A stretch of 64,000 nucleotides of DNA from Eledone cirrhosa (lineage: Eukaryota). This document shows positions 43,781 through 58,000 of this stretch, piece by piece. Below the pieces are notes generated by a model, which did not search any database, was not told the origin of the DNA, and was given only the letters and a program-made list of their open reading frames with translations. The stretch is taken from contig OZ024742.1 in the NCBI GenBank assembly GCA_964016885.1, positions 151,962,001 through 152,026,000 on the forward strand, written 5' to 3'. A program made the translations under genes and the position numbers. How positions within the stretch are numbered: position 1 is the first letter of the stretch; every line of letters begins with the position of its first letter.

Positions 43781-46700
43781 AAATGCCAACATTTCACAGA
43801 TTTATCATTGTCTACACGAAACTGATCCATACAAATGATATCTCCCTTGGACAGTTGCATGGTGATGGCTGCAGGGAAAACATAGACAAAGGCAAGCGAA
43901 CACGAGAGCCTCTAAACAGCCCTTTGATCGGTTAAAACTAGCAGCCAAATTTCCCTCATATACACACATCGCCGAACCGGCAAAGAAAAGGACTCGCTGG
44001 ATAACGTAAATCTTAAATGAAAATCTCTATAATCATTAATCTGTTCAATCAGGGTGCATTCTAGATTATGCAACAACAGCAATGACAACAACAAGAACTA
44101 CATAAGCAGAGAGCAGTTTAGCTGCCAGAAGGGAAATGACTGAATGGAAGTTGTTAGGATCGAACCATGGTGAGTGAGGTCACAAGAGGTGTAACGGGGT
44201 AGAAGTGGATTGTGTGGATATGATAGGAGGTGGCAGAAGAGTAGCCAGATGCGATCAACAGAGGCCTCATACTAGTGATAGAAAAATATTCAGCATGATA
44301 AGACAGGACCTATGGGAGCCAGAGATTGGTGTGTTGAGTGAAGTATCTAGGGAGAGGTATTATTGCTTAGTTTGTGGATAAGTAATCTATCGCGCTTGAA
44401 TCTTTGTAATATGTACTTAATATATTTATCTTCTGTTTTAATATGTTTTGTGTAAAAAACAAAACAAAACAAAAAAAGCATCATTGTATCCAAGATATCG
44501 CTAACATCCTGTATTAATTATCAACATTAGATTGATATGAATAATTCTTAGAGCTTTATTATATGAAAATGTTAATAAACCAGAATGAAAGAGAAATGTT
44601 TGAAACACCCGAGGAGGGTCTAGCGATATATTTAAAATTATTGTATTTTAGGAAGTTGATGAAGCTAATCAAAATAAAATAGTTATAGGTGAAATATAAA
44701 CATCCAGTAAATTAATTCTGTATATTCGCTACTAAATACTATTGAAATAATGTTAAATTTAGTTTTCGCATTTCTGTTGCAAGATTCTATATGTGAGATC
44801 CCGTGTTGAAACAGATTGTGTTGTACTTTGTGAGAGTAATATTGTCAATCAAACCCACACGATGGTTGATGTTCACTTTAGTTTTATTATTAATTAATAA
44901 TAATGAAATCATTATTAATTAATATTATTAATTTATAAATAATTAATCCATTTATCAGTTTGTTAATTGACTATTTAATTTATTGCCGAAGTCCTTTGGT
45001 TCCAGCCTTATGCGTGATGTCTTTGTCCACACATACTACATCTTTACAGACTCAGATAGAAAATGTAGAAGAATTATAAGAGTCGCTCAGGTTATTTTAG
45101 CGATGCAATAAATCTTCTGATGTTAGAGACAGTTTTGAACGTTAGAACGAGCTCTTTATTCTAGCCGCCAACCTGGCAACTGACAGAATATAGGTTCCAT
45201 CACTCATTGTGTGAAATTAAGACCTAACATTCTGCCTAGATATAGAAACGGCCTGAAAGCAGCCACATACCCCCCCCCCCCCCTCTACGAATAGTGAGAT
45301 CAGATGTTTGTTGTGAAGTGGTTGTGGTGAGATGGTTGTGCTAAGGGGATTGTGGACAGTTACTAAGTTGATCCTGAAAGCATTTATCGAAATATATGAT
45401 TATTTGTTGTAGCTATTGATATTGTTGGTTTTGATTAGCAACAGATAGACCCTGTTGAAACAGACCTATGATGAAAGCAATTCATTTTCCATTTTATTAT
45501 ATTTGAGAGAACAATCTCTAATGTGCCCTTCCTTATTTAACACAGTAAGTTGAGATCAGGCTAATATGTCTAGCAGCTTCAGTGTCAGTGTAGAGAATCA
45601 TGTGTTGGCTTATTTATTAGTGTTGCCTTTAACCCCAGGGTAACCTTGATTGAGCAGAACTATAATGAAAGCTATTTCAGCGATATTGGTTCCATTTATC
45701 ATGTACATCAGGAACTCTATATAATGTTTAATGCATCTTACTTGATTGAAAGTAGTATAATGATTTGATTTGCGGCTAATTTGGTCATTATTTCTAGCAT
45801 CTCAAGCAGCCGTATATCGAGACCCCTCGCCAGTTTATTTCTTATTCATTAAATGAGAATTTCTCGAATGTCAATAAGTTTTAAAATTAAATTGTTCTGT
45901 GAAGTGTAAATCTTGCATTCCGGCCTGTTGCTCTTCAACGGATAAATAGAGAAAGACGAAAGTGCATTTGACGCGACCGTAGGCAGAGGATTTATTGCAC
46001 CAGTAGTATTGTACAAAGGGAGAAGAGGAGTTTTTGATTTATTTATATTAATTTTTACTGTCACTGTATATCATCAATAATTTCCTCAGTATCTCAACCG
46101 GATCTGTCAAAGTTTAAAACGTATCAGACACTGAATATTGTTAATAAACAAAGACTATTGTCTTTGAATGGACCATATACACTTGGATATATTTTATCAA
46201 GAACAGGTTGTCTAGAACCATCTATATATTCTAGTGAAGACGAGCCAGAAACTTTATAACACTACATGTTCCAATATGAAAAAAAAAAAAATTCTGAGAG
46301 AGAGGACATTTTTCAGCTGGTCTTTAAAAACCGACCAAGATTTGATATGCAGCATATTGACAAGGGTCTAGCAACTATAAATGAGGTTTTCTAGTATTCT
46401 AGTATATGGAGGTTACAAAAAGATTAAACAACAGGAACTCTTAGCAGCTTTATAGCGACCCTTTTTTCCACATTTTCTTCTTATTTTTTGGCTACTTCTG
46501 CCTCCTGTTCTCTTTTCTCTCTTCATGTCTCTTTCTCACAGGAAAGACAGTAGAGGGCGTCGTTAATACAAAACAGAAAGTAAAATTTAGGAAGGATTAT
46601 ACTTAGTCTTTGTTTTTGCTATTTAACTGCAAGGTGTATGAAATACCTCTCTCAGTCTGTCATTGTAGAGAGGCTCTAGACAGGCATATACATTTAATAA

Positions 46701-47004
46701 ATAAATACGAGTGAATATTGTTAGCTTTAAGAGGATGTGTCTGACAACAGTACATCAGTCACGCAAACATCTGGAATGATATTAAATGCATATCGCGGTT
46801 ACATGGAACACTTTGTCATGCAACTAGTGGTTTAAAACAAATATACGAAACGAACGTTGTTTAGTTTAGTTTATTGGAAGATTTGTTATTCACAAATCCA
46901 AGCAAACACAACGCTCGTCAAGATTACAGTGGTCCAACTCCTAGCCTTGGTGTGTCGTAACTTGTAATGTTACTCATTTACTATTCGCGACAATGAAAGT
47001 TGTA

Positions 47005-47295
47005 TATCGGTAGTATCGGTAAAGCGTCGTAAAACATGCTTTGCAACATTTAATTAATGCCCTTTACGTTCTGAGTTCAAATCCGCCGAAGTTAGCTTTG
47101 CCTTTCATTCTAAATCGAGTCTATTTACTCGACTTACCCCTTCCCTTCACATTATTGTCATTAGCTGCAAAGAGGGCGGGTAATTATCGGAATCGTTAGA
47201 GCATCGCGAAAAATGCTTTGAAGCATTTAGTTACGGCCATTAGCGTTCACATTTCAAGTCCAACCGAGGTGAGAATTGCCTCCCATCCGTTCATA
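47005..47295 (+). mobile_element. Two adjacent degenerate copies of a tRNA-like SINE
   Basis: Share GTATCGGTA..ATGCTTT..TTACGTTCTGAGTTCAAATC.GCCGAGGT.A.CTTTGCCTTTCATCC with the 50915 copy; B-box-like GAGTTCAAATCC. Confidence 0.6.
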
Positions 47296-48381
47296 TCCGG
47301 TTAGGGCACTCCTTTAGCTGTTCCAGAGGTCTTGAAAATCGTCATGGATCCTGCCCTTCTCTCTCACTTGTGTGGTAGACTTAACCCACAGCCCGGTTTA
47401 ACAGACCCATATATTTCGTAGGTGTCTTTAGCGCAGTCCTTTCTGAGCAGGATGCCGGTTTGATAATACTTTCCCCCACTACTCTCACCATACTTCTCGG
47501 AAAGTATCATGGGGATTAATCTTTTTTTCTCACTAAATTGTAAAGAAAATAGAAGGGTTTATGTTACACATGTTCTTCCACATTTAAGACGGTAGGGTAT
47601 GATAGAAGCAAGTCATAACTGTTACTTCTAAAGCGATCACAATGAGGCTCCCCCATTGGCTTCTAAATCAATGAGCAATATATGTATCGTCTTTAGTCAC
47701 AATGCATATTAGACCTTCAAACGACGTATACAATCGGCCAACTGTAACTATATTTCTGCTGAGATGAAAATAATAATGGGGACTCTAGCGTCATTATCTG
47801 AATATGTAATTATAGTTGATAAGGATTACAGCAGAATAATTCTCATCTTCCTGCTACAAGGAATTATATATGATACCACTATTCCTCGTGAACTAATCAG
47901 TTAAGTAATCATCAACTTCTTTATAGTGTATGCCATCACCACTGATTGCCGAGCTTCAACTTGCTAGTCATTCAGGCAGCTTGACACTTAACCTACCAAT
48001 CAATTTAACATATTAATAAACACACACACACACACACACATACACATACACACACACACACATACACCCCCCCACACACACACACAGATATATATATATG
48101 TGCGTGTGTGGTTGTATATGTGTATGTGTGTGTATGTATATGTATGCAAAAAGTAAAGAGAAATAACAAGGCGAACGATACAGTGAAATAAACAAATATA
48201 TTAGCTTAATGCTTGATAAAGTAGAAAAAGAGTCCTTCAGTTTCGAACACGAAATAGAGTAAGAAGAGGATGGAACCGAAATTTTTTTTTCACTTTTTTG
48301 TCAAAAGACATGTGTGTATGCAGTCAGCCATCTTGGAATATGTAAACATACATACACACATACTCATACACACACACACAT

Positions 48382-48578
48382 TCCGGGTTGAATCGGAGGT
48401 AACCACAGTAAGTAAGGTACTCTATACATAGCAGAGTATAACAGTTTTAATATAGATGAGATTCTACAGGACTAGAACTGTTTCATTTTTTAGAAATCAT
48501 CAGGAATCTCAGGGATTCCTGATGATTTCTAAAGAATTAAACAGTTATAGTCCTGTAGAATCTCATCTATATTAAAAC
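48382..48578. mobile_element. PLE-type terminal remnant: ~67-bp-arm inverted repeat (48444-48578) between (CA)n and (TA)n
   Basis: GTTTTAATATAGATGAGATTCTACAGGAC...CAGGAATC pairs with GATTCCTG...GTCCTGTAGAATCTCATCTATATTAAAAC; each arm holds a hammerhead core. Confidence 0.7.
48458..48510 (-). ncRNA. Minimal type-I hammerhead ribozyme (mirror copy on + at 48512-48564 has GAAA->TAAA)
   Basis: Minus strand: GAGATTC-CTGATGA-TTTCTAAAAAAT-GAAA-CAG-TTCTAGTC-CTG-TA-GAATCTC. Stem I 7 bp, stem III ACAG/CTGT, triplet GUA, weak stem II. Confidence 0.7.
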
Positions 48579-49122
48579 ATATATATATATATATTTGTGT
48601 CCACTACTCAAACGACCAACCAACCGGTCTGTTACACTTAACATCTATAAACTACCGATCCAGAAATCTGAACCAACATAAATTAATATTATCCTATCTT
48701 CATTCAACCAACCATCCAATTTATGCCTTTATTCATTCCTTAATCCATCCGTCTAGCAATCCATAACAGCATCTAACTATTCATCTGTCCCTCCTTCTAT
48801 CCCTCCCTCCCTCCATCCGTAAATACATACATATACATAATACACATATGCGTACAAAAGTACATGCATACCTACATACATACATACATACGTACAAGTA
48901 CGTTTACATACCTCACCCAATGGACCCGTTCGTCTCCCCATCCCCCCAAGTTTATCTATCTATCTATCTATCTAACAAAGGAAATGTGGTAAGGAACCAG
49001 ATGAACCATAACGCACCAGAGTACTCAATACTTAGGTTAGTAGAGTGGGAAATAGGAAAAAGTATGACCCCGACGGCAGAGCTCGAGCCGTTTTGACGGC
49101 TATTTCTGGACTCTGAGTCCAG

Positions 49123-49125
<3 letters not shown>

Positions 49126-49176
<51 letters not shown>

Positions 49177-49197
49177 TAATATATCTATCTATCTATC
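49126..49197. repeat. (CT)n followed by (ATCT)4 preceding T6
   Basis: Direct reading. Confidence 0.95.
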
Positions 49198-52100
49198 TCC
49201 GGATGGCATAGACGTTCTTGACATCGGCTCCGTGAATATTGGAGATATTACGTGTTAACAGTAAGTGTTTGTCTGTATTCTTGCGTTATTGTGTTAATTA
49301 ACCCCCTTGCCTGGGTATTCGGACATTAGGGTTAATTTATTTCACCTCTTTTGGGGTGAAATTTTTCATCCTAAAAATCTTGTGATTGTCTCTACGCTCG
49401 TGGTAATGGAAGCCATTACCACAGGTAACGATGACACGCCCACTAAACAAACTGAAGGAGAGCGGGTAGCTGAGGTAACAAGCCTCCCTACTGAAAGAAT
49501 AATGATTATTAGAAACATTGAAAAAATGGAACCTAACCCTAATGAAAAAAATGTGAAAAAAATTAACTCGGAGAAATTGCCAAAATTAATGGATGCCGTT
49601 TCGACTTTTCACGGCGCCACGCCCACCAGCAAAGGTGAAAGAGAAGTAGTAGCTGTGACTACAAATCTCTCGGATAATGAAAATATAAGTGAAGATTTTG
49701 AAAAAATGGACTCTAACCCCAAAGGGGAAAAAAATGTGAACGAATACACCAACATAAATAACACAAACACAACAAAAAATGAAAATTGTAACAACAAAAA
49801 ACAAGACAACCACATTTCGACAAATGTAAACAGAGAGTGGGTGAACAAAATGACGTTCACGCAAAGCATAAAAAAATCTATTGTGTACATTTCGAACATG
49901 GAAAATGCAAATGGAGGAGAATGGCCTATTTTCTTTAAATTATCCCCTAGAGCTAAACAAGGAAAATAGCTTAAAAACTATTATTTATAGGACAATATCC
50001 AACAAAACCCGTAAGCCAGTACAACTCACACAGACATAGATTGAACTGGCGTTAAAAGATCATCTGAAAAACATTGTATTCATTCGGAAAGATAGACTCT
50101 ACGGTAGTCTATCCATCCGAATGAAAGATAAATTGACGGCCGAAAAACATTCCCTGGCCCCAATTGTGTCCCCCTTATTTACCTTCTTCCCCATTTATTT
50201 GGGAAGAAAAACACAAAGATTGACCATACACAGTATCGATCTAGATATTGATTTCTGAGCGGTACTGTGTGGCCTCCTAGACTTGAAAGAGGATGCAGTA
50301 ATTTCGGTAGGTAAGTCTTCCAGCAACGTGTTCGGTGGAACTAACCTGCAAGTTCTGGTGCAAATGCAGCCAGAACGAATTGCTAGGATCCCCGACCGCA
50401 TATTGCTGGATGGGCTTGCCTACTTACACATCACAGTGGAGGGTAGACGACCCGCTTGTTACCTCTGTGGTGGCTGAGGGCTGCCTGTTCCCAAGAAAAC
50501 AAAAAACACCGATCTTGCCCACACCAACAACTACAACACTAACAATACAACCTCCACCACCACCACCACAAAAGCAACTAACACCACAAGTTAAAACGCA
50601 ACTGAAAACAATCCCACCCATCCCCCCACATAGAAAACAAATACAATAACACCCACGAGCCGAAAATGAACCCCTCCCCTCGAATACGGAAGACGAGCCC
50701 CTTTCGTCGTCAGACGAGGATGGGGGGGCACTTTCATAAAGTTAAAAGAAAAAAAAGAAAACACACCACAGGAACACAAATACAAACAACCCCTCCCCAA
50801 GACATATCACAGACATCAACACAAAAAAACACAACAGCAAACAAAAAATATCACGCAAAAAGAAAATGTGCATATACTTACTTAAATACAAAAAACAAAA
50901 AACTGTTAAACGTTTGGCAGTATCGGTAGAGGGTCGGATGCCATGCTTTAACGCATAGAGTTACGGCCCTTGCCATTCTGAGTTCAAATCACGCCGAGGT
51001 TAACTTTGCCGTTCATCCTTACGGGGTCGATAAAATAAAGTACCAGTAATGCACTGGGATAATTGCTGGCCTTGTGCCAAAAGTAGAAACACATATTTAT
51101 AATAACAACTTAATAAAAACCGAAGGTTCAAATTTCGCACAAGCAACGGGGCTCCCCCATCTAAAAATGATAAAAGCCCCAATAGACATTTACAAAACGT
51201 TAAAAGACACTTTTAAAGAGGACGTGCCCCCCCCCCCCCCCCCGCGCCAGACCCATTAACCGTGTCCTTCTCCCCCCCCCCCCCCCCCCCAACTCCAAAC
51301 ACCCCAACCCACCACACACTGATGTCCCTACACTTCCACAAACCACCACCCCACCCAACAACCCATCCCCCACCCCCATGGAAATTGTACGGCCCGGGAC
51401 GCAAAGAGATAAGTGCTTTTTCTCTTTACCACCAACATGGCTGTGTTGAGAATAGGTTGTCTAAATGCGCGTGGCCAGGGCTCACCTTGGTAGCAAGCAA
51501 TGCTTCTAAATGACCTCGGGTCACGATGTATAAATGTCATGGTTATTTGCGATGCCCGGATCAGCAGCGACGACAGCTGGCCCCCACATTTGATGACTTT
51601 AAGATGCACGCATCTCTCTGTCAACCCGGAGGTGGGGGTGGGGTTGTAGTTCTGCTGCAAAAAACATCTGGGTCTCGCTACACGGACGGTACACTTGGAC
51701 CCGGAGGGTCGACTAGTGGTTCTGGACATTGGCAATGGTGAAGGCGGATCTTTTAGGCTGGTCGCCGTATACGACCCTTTTGGGTCAACGCGGCCGGACT
51801 TCTTCCATCGTCTGGAGACTTTTCTAGGGACGTCCCGCTCCTTGCTTTTAGTGGGGGACTGGAATGGTATCCTAGATGCACGTTGGGACTATGTAGGGGC
51901 ATGTCCTGATAGAGGGGTTGTAACAGCCTCAAGGGGTTAATCGGCCGATTCGACCTGGCCGATAGATATCGACTAGAGTTTCCGACTGTGCCAACCAGGA
52001 CTTGGAGAAACCATAGCGGTCAATCTAGATCGTATCTAGATAGGTTTTTAGTTATAAATAAGGATAGGGACTTTTTAAGTTGTCCAAAAATGCTCATGGT

Positions 52101-55050
52101 TGGCTATTCAGACCACAAGTTAGTGACCTCCATGATCAATCTTGATAGAAAGCATAGACAGGGACCCGGTTACTGGAAGCTCAACTTGTCCTTACCGGCA
52201 AGTAAAGCTTACAGGAACCGGATTAGTACATTAGTTAAGGAGCGGTTGATGGGCGCCATCGTCAACAGCAGGTGGTCGAGTTTTCTCAAAAGAGAGATTA
52301 GAGTAGCTTCAATAGGAGTTAGTAAGGAGTTAGCCTCAGATAGAAATAGGAAAGAAAGGGAGTTGGTAGATAGTGTAGAAGAGGCAATTAGAAGCGGCGA
52401 CGTAGCCAGAGTGCTAGCGTCGAGAACGGCATTGGGCCAGTTTTTCGACGCGAAACACGAAGGCTGCGTTGTCCGAAGCAAAATACGTGCTCTGGGAAAC
52501 GAGGGGACCAAAGCTGTTAGCTGGGCCCGCGTGACAGAAGGCAAAGGTGGGGCTAGATCCACTATCCGGTCTTTGCGAGACCAGGATGGACGGGTGATCC
52601 TTGAACCTAAGCAGATGTGCGAGGCCTTTCAAAGGCACTTTGCCCGAATGTTCGGAAGGGACGTGGAGCCGGACTGGATGTGGACCTCGGTCCATACTTC
52701 GACGGCCTGCCGCGTCTTTCGGACGAAGAGGCGAAGTCCTGCGAGAGGCCGATCTCAGCTGCTGAAATAGGGGACGTGCTGAGCAAATGCGGCAGACGCA
52801 AATTTCCGGGCCTCGATGGTCTTCCATACGAACTGTATTTAAGTATGCCGGACTTGTTCTTCGATCTCCTCGAAGCGGTCTACTGCAACTGGCAACAGAA
52901 CGGGAGAATTCCCTGTTCTGTGACCAAGGGCGTAGTCTCGCTAGTGAGGAAGGACGAGAACAAATGCAGAGTTAAAGATTTTGGCCAAGATGTTAGTAAA
53001 GAGGTTGGCGCTTGTCGTGGGAAACTTGGTGGAAGATGCGCAGACATGCGCCATCCCGTCGAGGTCCATTCACGACAACCTCCATCTCATGCGATACATC
53101 ATAGAGGGGGTTGTGAACGAACCCGGCTTTGGTGGGGCCATGATAAACTTGGATCAATCTAAAGCGTTCGATAGGGTCGACCATCGTTACCTGGATGCGG
53201 TGCTAGTGGCGGCCAGTTTCGGACCCGTTTTCAGGGGCTAGATCACTGCCATGCACAGCAGCCGCATCTGCTCTAGGGTCAAGGTGAACGGCTACCTCTC
53301 GGAGCCGTTCGAAATCACGCGGTCCATCCGATAGGGAGGCCCTCTCTCCTGCCTTCTATATGTATTGGCCCTAGAGCCACTGCTGCGGAAGTTGGAGTTG
53401 TTACAGGGCATCCCTTTGGAACCGGGATTGCGGAAAGCGGTGGCGGCCTACGCAGATGACGTGAGAGTTATGGTGTCAGCAGCCTCGGAAATCGGAGTGA
53501 TCGGCACCTTACTGGAGGAATACGAAACGTTTACAGGGGCTAAGCTGAACCGGGACAAGTCAGTCGGTTTGCAACTCGGCGAGTGGAGGGAAAAACCGAT
53601 GGCCTCCAACGGCGTCGTCGGACGTTGGACGGAGGGCCCGGTGAAGTTGGTCTGGTTCGGGCCAGAACTCCAGGTAGAGAAGAACTGGGGTGAGGTATCG
53701 AACAGGGTGTTTGCGCTGACGCGGAAGTGGGCTAAGTGCAAACATCCCTGAAAGGTCGGGCGGAGGTTGCGAACGCTTATATAGCGTCCGTCATCTATTG
53801 CCGCCTGACCGTCGTGTCTTGCCCAAGGGAAACGCTCACCAAAATGGAGCGCGCACTCTTCCAATTCCTTTGGAAGGGCGGACTCCTTTGGTGAGGAGAT
53901 CCATCTGCTGTCAACACCCTTCGAAAGGAGGGCTGGGGATGCCGTGGCTGTTGATGCGTAAACACGCATTAAGGCTACGCCACCTCCAGGTATTCCTCAC
54001 CAGTCAATCGGTGTGGGCCCCGTTTGTGAGGCGAGCCTTTCCGCGACTCCTCTCGCTCACCGAGCTGCACTCCTGGGTCAAGCAAAGACCGAGAAAACTG
54101 GGCGCCTGGCACACTGAGTGTGCCCAGGCGCTCACGGCTCTCTGGCAGGCAGACCCGACTATCGGTGGAGACTCCACCTCGTCATTCTATAGAGGGCTGG
54201 TGGTTAGTAGGTGCGACGACGCCCTCGGACAAGCCCTAGACATGGAGGAAGACGAACTGGCCAGCCTATTCGGGAGGGCATTTGGCCCGGGACTTATGGA
54301 CAACTTCCAGAAGTCCCTAGCCTGGCAGTGCTATCGATGGGCGCTGCCCGTTCGAGAAAAGCTCTACAGACACGGGCGCCCGGGTAGGGACCCCTCGAAA
54401 AAAATCTGTCCCAGATGCGTACGCGACGAGGAAACCGTTGCGCACGCATTGGTACACGGCTCGGGCGTTGCCGATCTGTGGCGCTATGTCCAACGAGTGC
54501 TGTCATGAGTGGGACCAATCCGGTTGATCACTGAGTCCACTGTAACGATCAAGCCACTTCCCCCCTTAAAAAATGAAGGAGAGGCGGTCTTCCTCTGTGT
54601 AATAGCCATGGTGAAAGAGGTGGTATGGTGGACACGTTTGAAAGGGCTGAGGTCGGACACCTTTCTCTCCGGCTAACAACTGGTCCTTTTCTTTAAATAC
54701 CATTTTAAGAGAAGGATCAGAATGCTGAAATAGGTGCTCTACCCCAGCAAGTTTTATGAAAGGTGGGTGAAAGTAGCGAGAATGGCCCATGTGAATGGGC
54801 CTTCTCTCTTTATCAGCCTGTAGGTGGAAAGGTGGAAGTGCAAAGGAGCACCCCCTCTCTGTGCTCCTAAGGAAAAGGGTTACACACTTTTTTAGGTGTG
54901 TGTGTAACCCCCAAAACGCCTCTTCCCTATTGAGGACTGTATTGTTAATTTTATATTTGTTATTTGTTTTTTTTACTCGTTCCTTTATGTAAACTCCCGC
55001 CTTATATTTGTCCCCTTCTTTTGTGCCCTCGTGGCAAATAAATAGAAACT
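49198..55050 (+). mobile_element. Tx1 copy T6, apparently full-length, degenerate; unique 5' UTR/ORF1 N-terminus, ORF2 close to T4
   Basis: ORF1 fragments (RKDRLYGSL, EGRRPACYLC); ORF2 51437-54823 with stops and frameshifts; ends AATAAATAGAAAC then (TATC)3. Confidence 0.9.
50915..51095 (+). mobile_element. SINE inserted into T6 ORF1
   Basis: Interrupts the sequence that is contiguous in T4 (AAACTGTTAAAC|ATTGTGTACAACAAC); contains TTCTGAGTTCAAATCACGCCGAGG...GGGGTCGATAAAATAAAGTACCAG. Confidence 0.8.
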
Positions 55051-55061
55051 TATCTATCTAT

Positions 55062-58000
55062 CTCTCTGGGATGGACACAGTCGTGAAACATGCTGGGTAA
55101 GTTCTGCTTAAATTTCTATAGAAATTCTTGACTGTGAACCTTCTTTTTTATACCAACTTTTAGAGGGACTACCAGGTCAAATTTTGATCTGGTGAGTCTC
55201 TCAAAATATTCTACGCCTTTAGGCACAATAGTTAATAAAAATTTTTTGGGAAAAACTAACGTTTTAAAAAAAATGGCAGATGTCTCAGACAAAGGTCAGC
55301 CAGAGGAAGGATTTTGTCCACCTGCTCACCTACAACTTGACGTTGCCATGGCAACAAACCAAAACCAAAAGTGTGTACCAATGAACAAAAACAACACAAC
55401 CAGCGGCACCAGCAACAACAACAACAGCAACAATGATGACAACAACACCAACACCAACAAGAATAACTCCACAAAAATAAAGAAACAATTTCGTTCGCAC
55501 AAACTGCCCAAAAGACGAAATTATATACACAGATAGACATCTCTAATGCCGGAGAATTGCTAAGAGATACCAAGCAATACATAACTTTTGGGAAGAATGG
55601 CGCTTTTAGCATCACTTCTTCCCACAAATTGCGTAGAGAAACTGTCCTGAAAACTGTAGTTTTCAGGACAATATCAAACACAACTAGAAAACCAGCTCAA
55701 TTAACTCAAAATGAAACTGAGCTGGTTCTAAGAAACTCCATGAAGGTTATCACCTTCATACAGAAGGGAAAACTCTTTGGGAGTTTATCGGTAATAATGA
55801 AAGGCCAATTGACGGCACAGAAATATTCTGTGTCGCCAATTGTGTCCCCCCTCTACACCTTTTTCCCCACATATATGGGAAAAAGAACCCCCAAAATAAG
55901 GGTAACGAGTATTACACCAAATGTAAATATCTGGTGGATATTGAGTGGCTTTATCAACTTTGATGAAGACACAATAATTTCGGTAGGAAAGTCCTCCAGG
56001 AGTATATTTAACGGTACTAGCTTAGAAGTTCTGGTCCAAATGAGGCCAGAACGAATAGGTAGAATCCCACAACGTGTGCCTCTGGATGGAGTTTCCTACA
56101 TAAACATTTCTGTTGAGGGTAGGCGGCCTTCATGTTACCACTGTTTAAGCAGTGGTCACCTGAGGGCTTCCTGTCCTCAATTAACTGCGATAAGAAAAAT
56201 AACACTACTACCGACACCCAACACAATAACACCACCACCACAACCACCACCACAACACACACAAATAAACAAAACAAACCAAACCGCAAACACAGTCCCA
56301 CCCAACCTCTCCCCATCTAAAACAACCCCCAAAACACCCACACGCACAACAGCTCCCTAAAACGTACCCCTCCCCAATCACAGACACCATACGGACGAGG
56401 CCCCCTCATCATCACTCAGTGATGAGGGCGAACCCCTCCGCTCCAAAAGGGGAAAAAAAAGACATACAGGAACGAAAAGGCAACAAACACAACCACCAAC
56501 ACAAACAGCACAAATATTACAAACAAAAATCCCCCCTCCTGAAAACAAAACAACGACAACACTCCAAACACCTTCGACAAAACGAAAACAGACACAAGAA
56601 CAACAGACAAAAACCAACACAACACAACACAACAAGAACATTATACATACATAAACAGTGAAAACAAAACCTTAATGGAGGTAATCTCCAACGACCCTTC
56701 GGTTTTCACCGAAGGGAAAACTTTTTCGATCTGTGTAGACAGACCCAATTTAAAGATGATTAGGGTCTCTATGTACACCTATAAGTCTTTAAAGAAAAAC
56801 TTTCCTAAGGACGTAGGTAATCCTTGCGTTAAACCCATTAACGGCGTCTTTTAAAATGACCCCCCCCCCCGGACCTCCCACCACCAGACACCCCCCACCA
56901 ACATCTCCGTCCCTACCCCGCCAGAAACCATCACCCCACCAAACAACCCCTCCAGCAACCCCATGGAAATTGTGCAGCCTGGTCCCCAGGAGATGAAGAG
57001 TTGGGTTATTTCTTTTCCTCTTCTTTTAACTTTTCAACACCAACATGGCCAATATAAGAGTTGGATGTGTGAATGTACGCGGCCTGGGGATGCCCTGGAA
57101 ACAGGGCAAACTCTGAAACGACCTCAGGTCACACAGTATGGATGTAGTAGCCATTTGCGAGTTTAGGATCCACAGCGAGCGACAACTGGCCCCCATCTTC
57201 GACGACTTTGAGATCTACGCATCTCTCTGTCATCCGGGATGTGGGGGCGGGTTTGCCGTTTTGCTGCGGAAACACCTGGACCTCGTAACACAGACGGTAC
57301 ATCTGGACCCGGAGGGTCGACTGGTGGTCTCAGACGTTGACGGTAGTGAAGGTGGCCGTATATTCCCCATTCGGGACACCGCGACCAGACTTCTTCAAAC
57401 ATCTAGAGACTTATCTGGGAACGTCTCGCTCCCTGCTGTTAGTGGGGGACTGGAATGGAATCCTAGATGCACGTTGGGACTATGTGGGAGCATGTGCCGA
57501 TAGAGGGGGGCGTAACAGCCTCAAACAGTTAATCGGCCGATTTCAACTGGCCGTTAGATATCGACTAGACTCTCCAACTGTGCCACTGTGGACGTGGACC
57601 AACTATAGCGGAACATCTAGATCATACCTAGATAGGTTTCTAGTTAGAGTTAGTGATAGTAACATGTTAAGCTGTCCACAAATGTTCATGGTTGCCTATT
57701 CAGATCACAAACTAGTGACCTGCTTAGTTAACCTTGATAGAACCCATAGACAGGGACCCAGCTACTGGAAGCTGAAGTTGTCGTTACCGATACGCAAAGC
57801 CTACAGTAGACGGATTAGCACTTTAGTTAAGCAGCACTTGACGGGTTCCATTGTCAACAACTGATGGTGGTACTCTCTCAAGAGGGCAGTTAGATTAGAC
57901 TCGATAGGTTTTAGTAAAGAATTAGTGTTAGATAGAAATAAGACCGAAAAGGAACTGGTAGATAAAGTAGAAGAGGCACTTAGGAGTGGCAACGTAGCCA

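Noticed and set aside
47060-47095. tRNA gene (GAGTTCAAATCC B-box)
   Set aside because: No cloverleaf; part of a dispersed SINE.
43780-48350. Possible host exons or other repeats in the inter-cluster region
   Set aside because: No convincing ORF or splice-supported exon; only decayed repeat-like fragments I cannot name.
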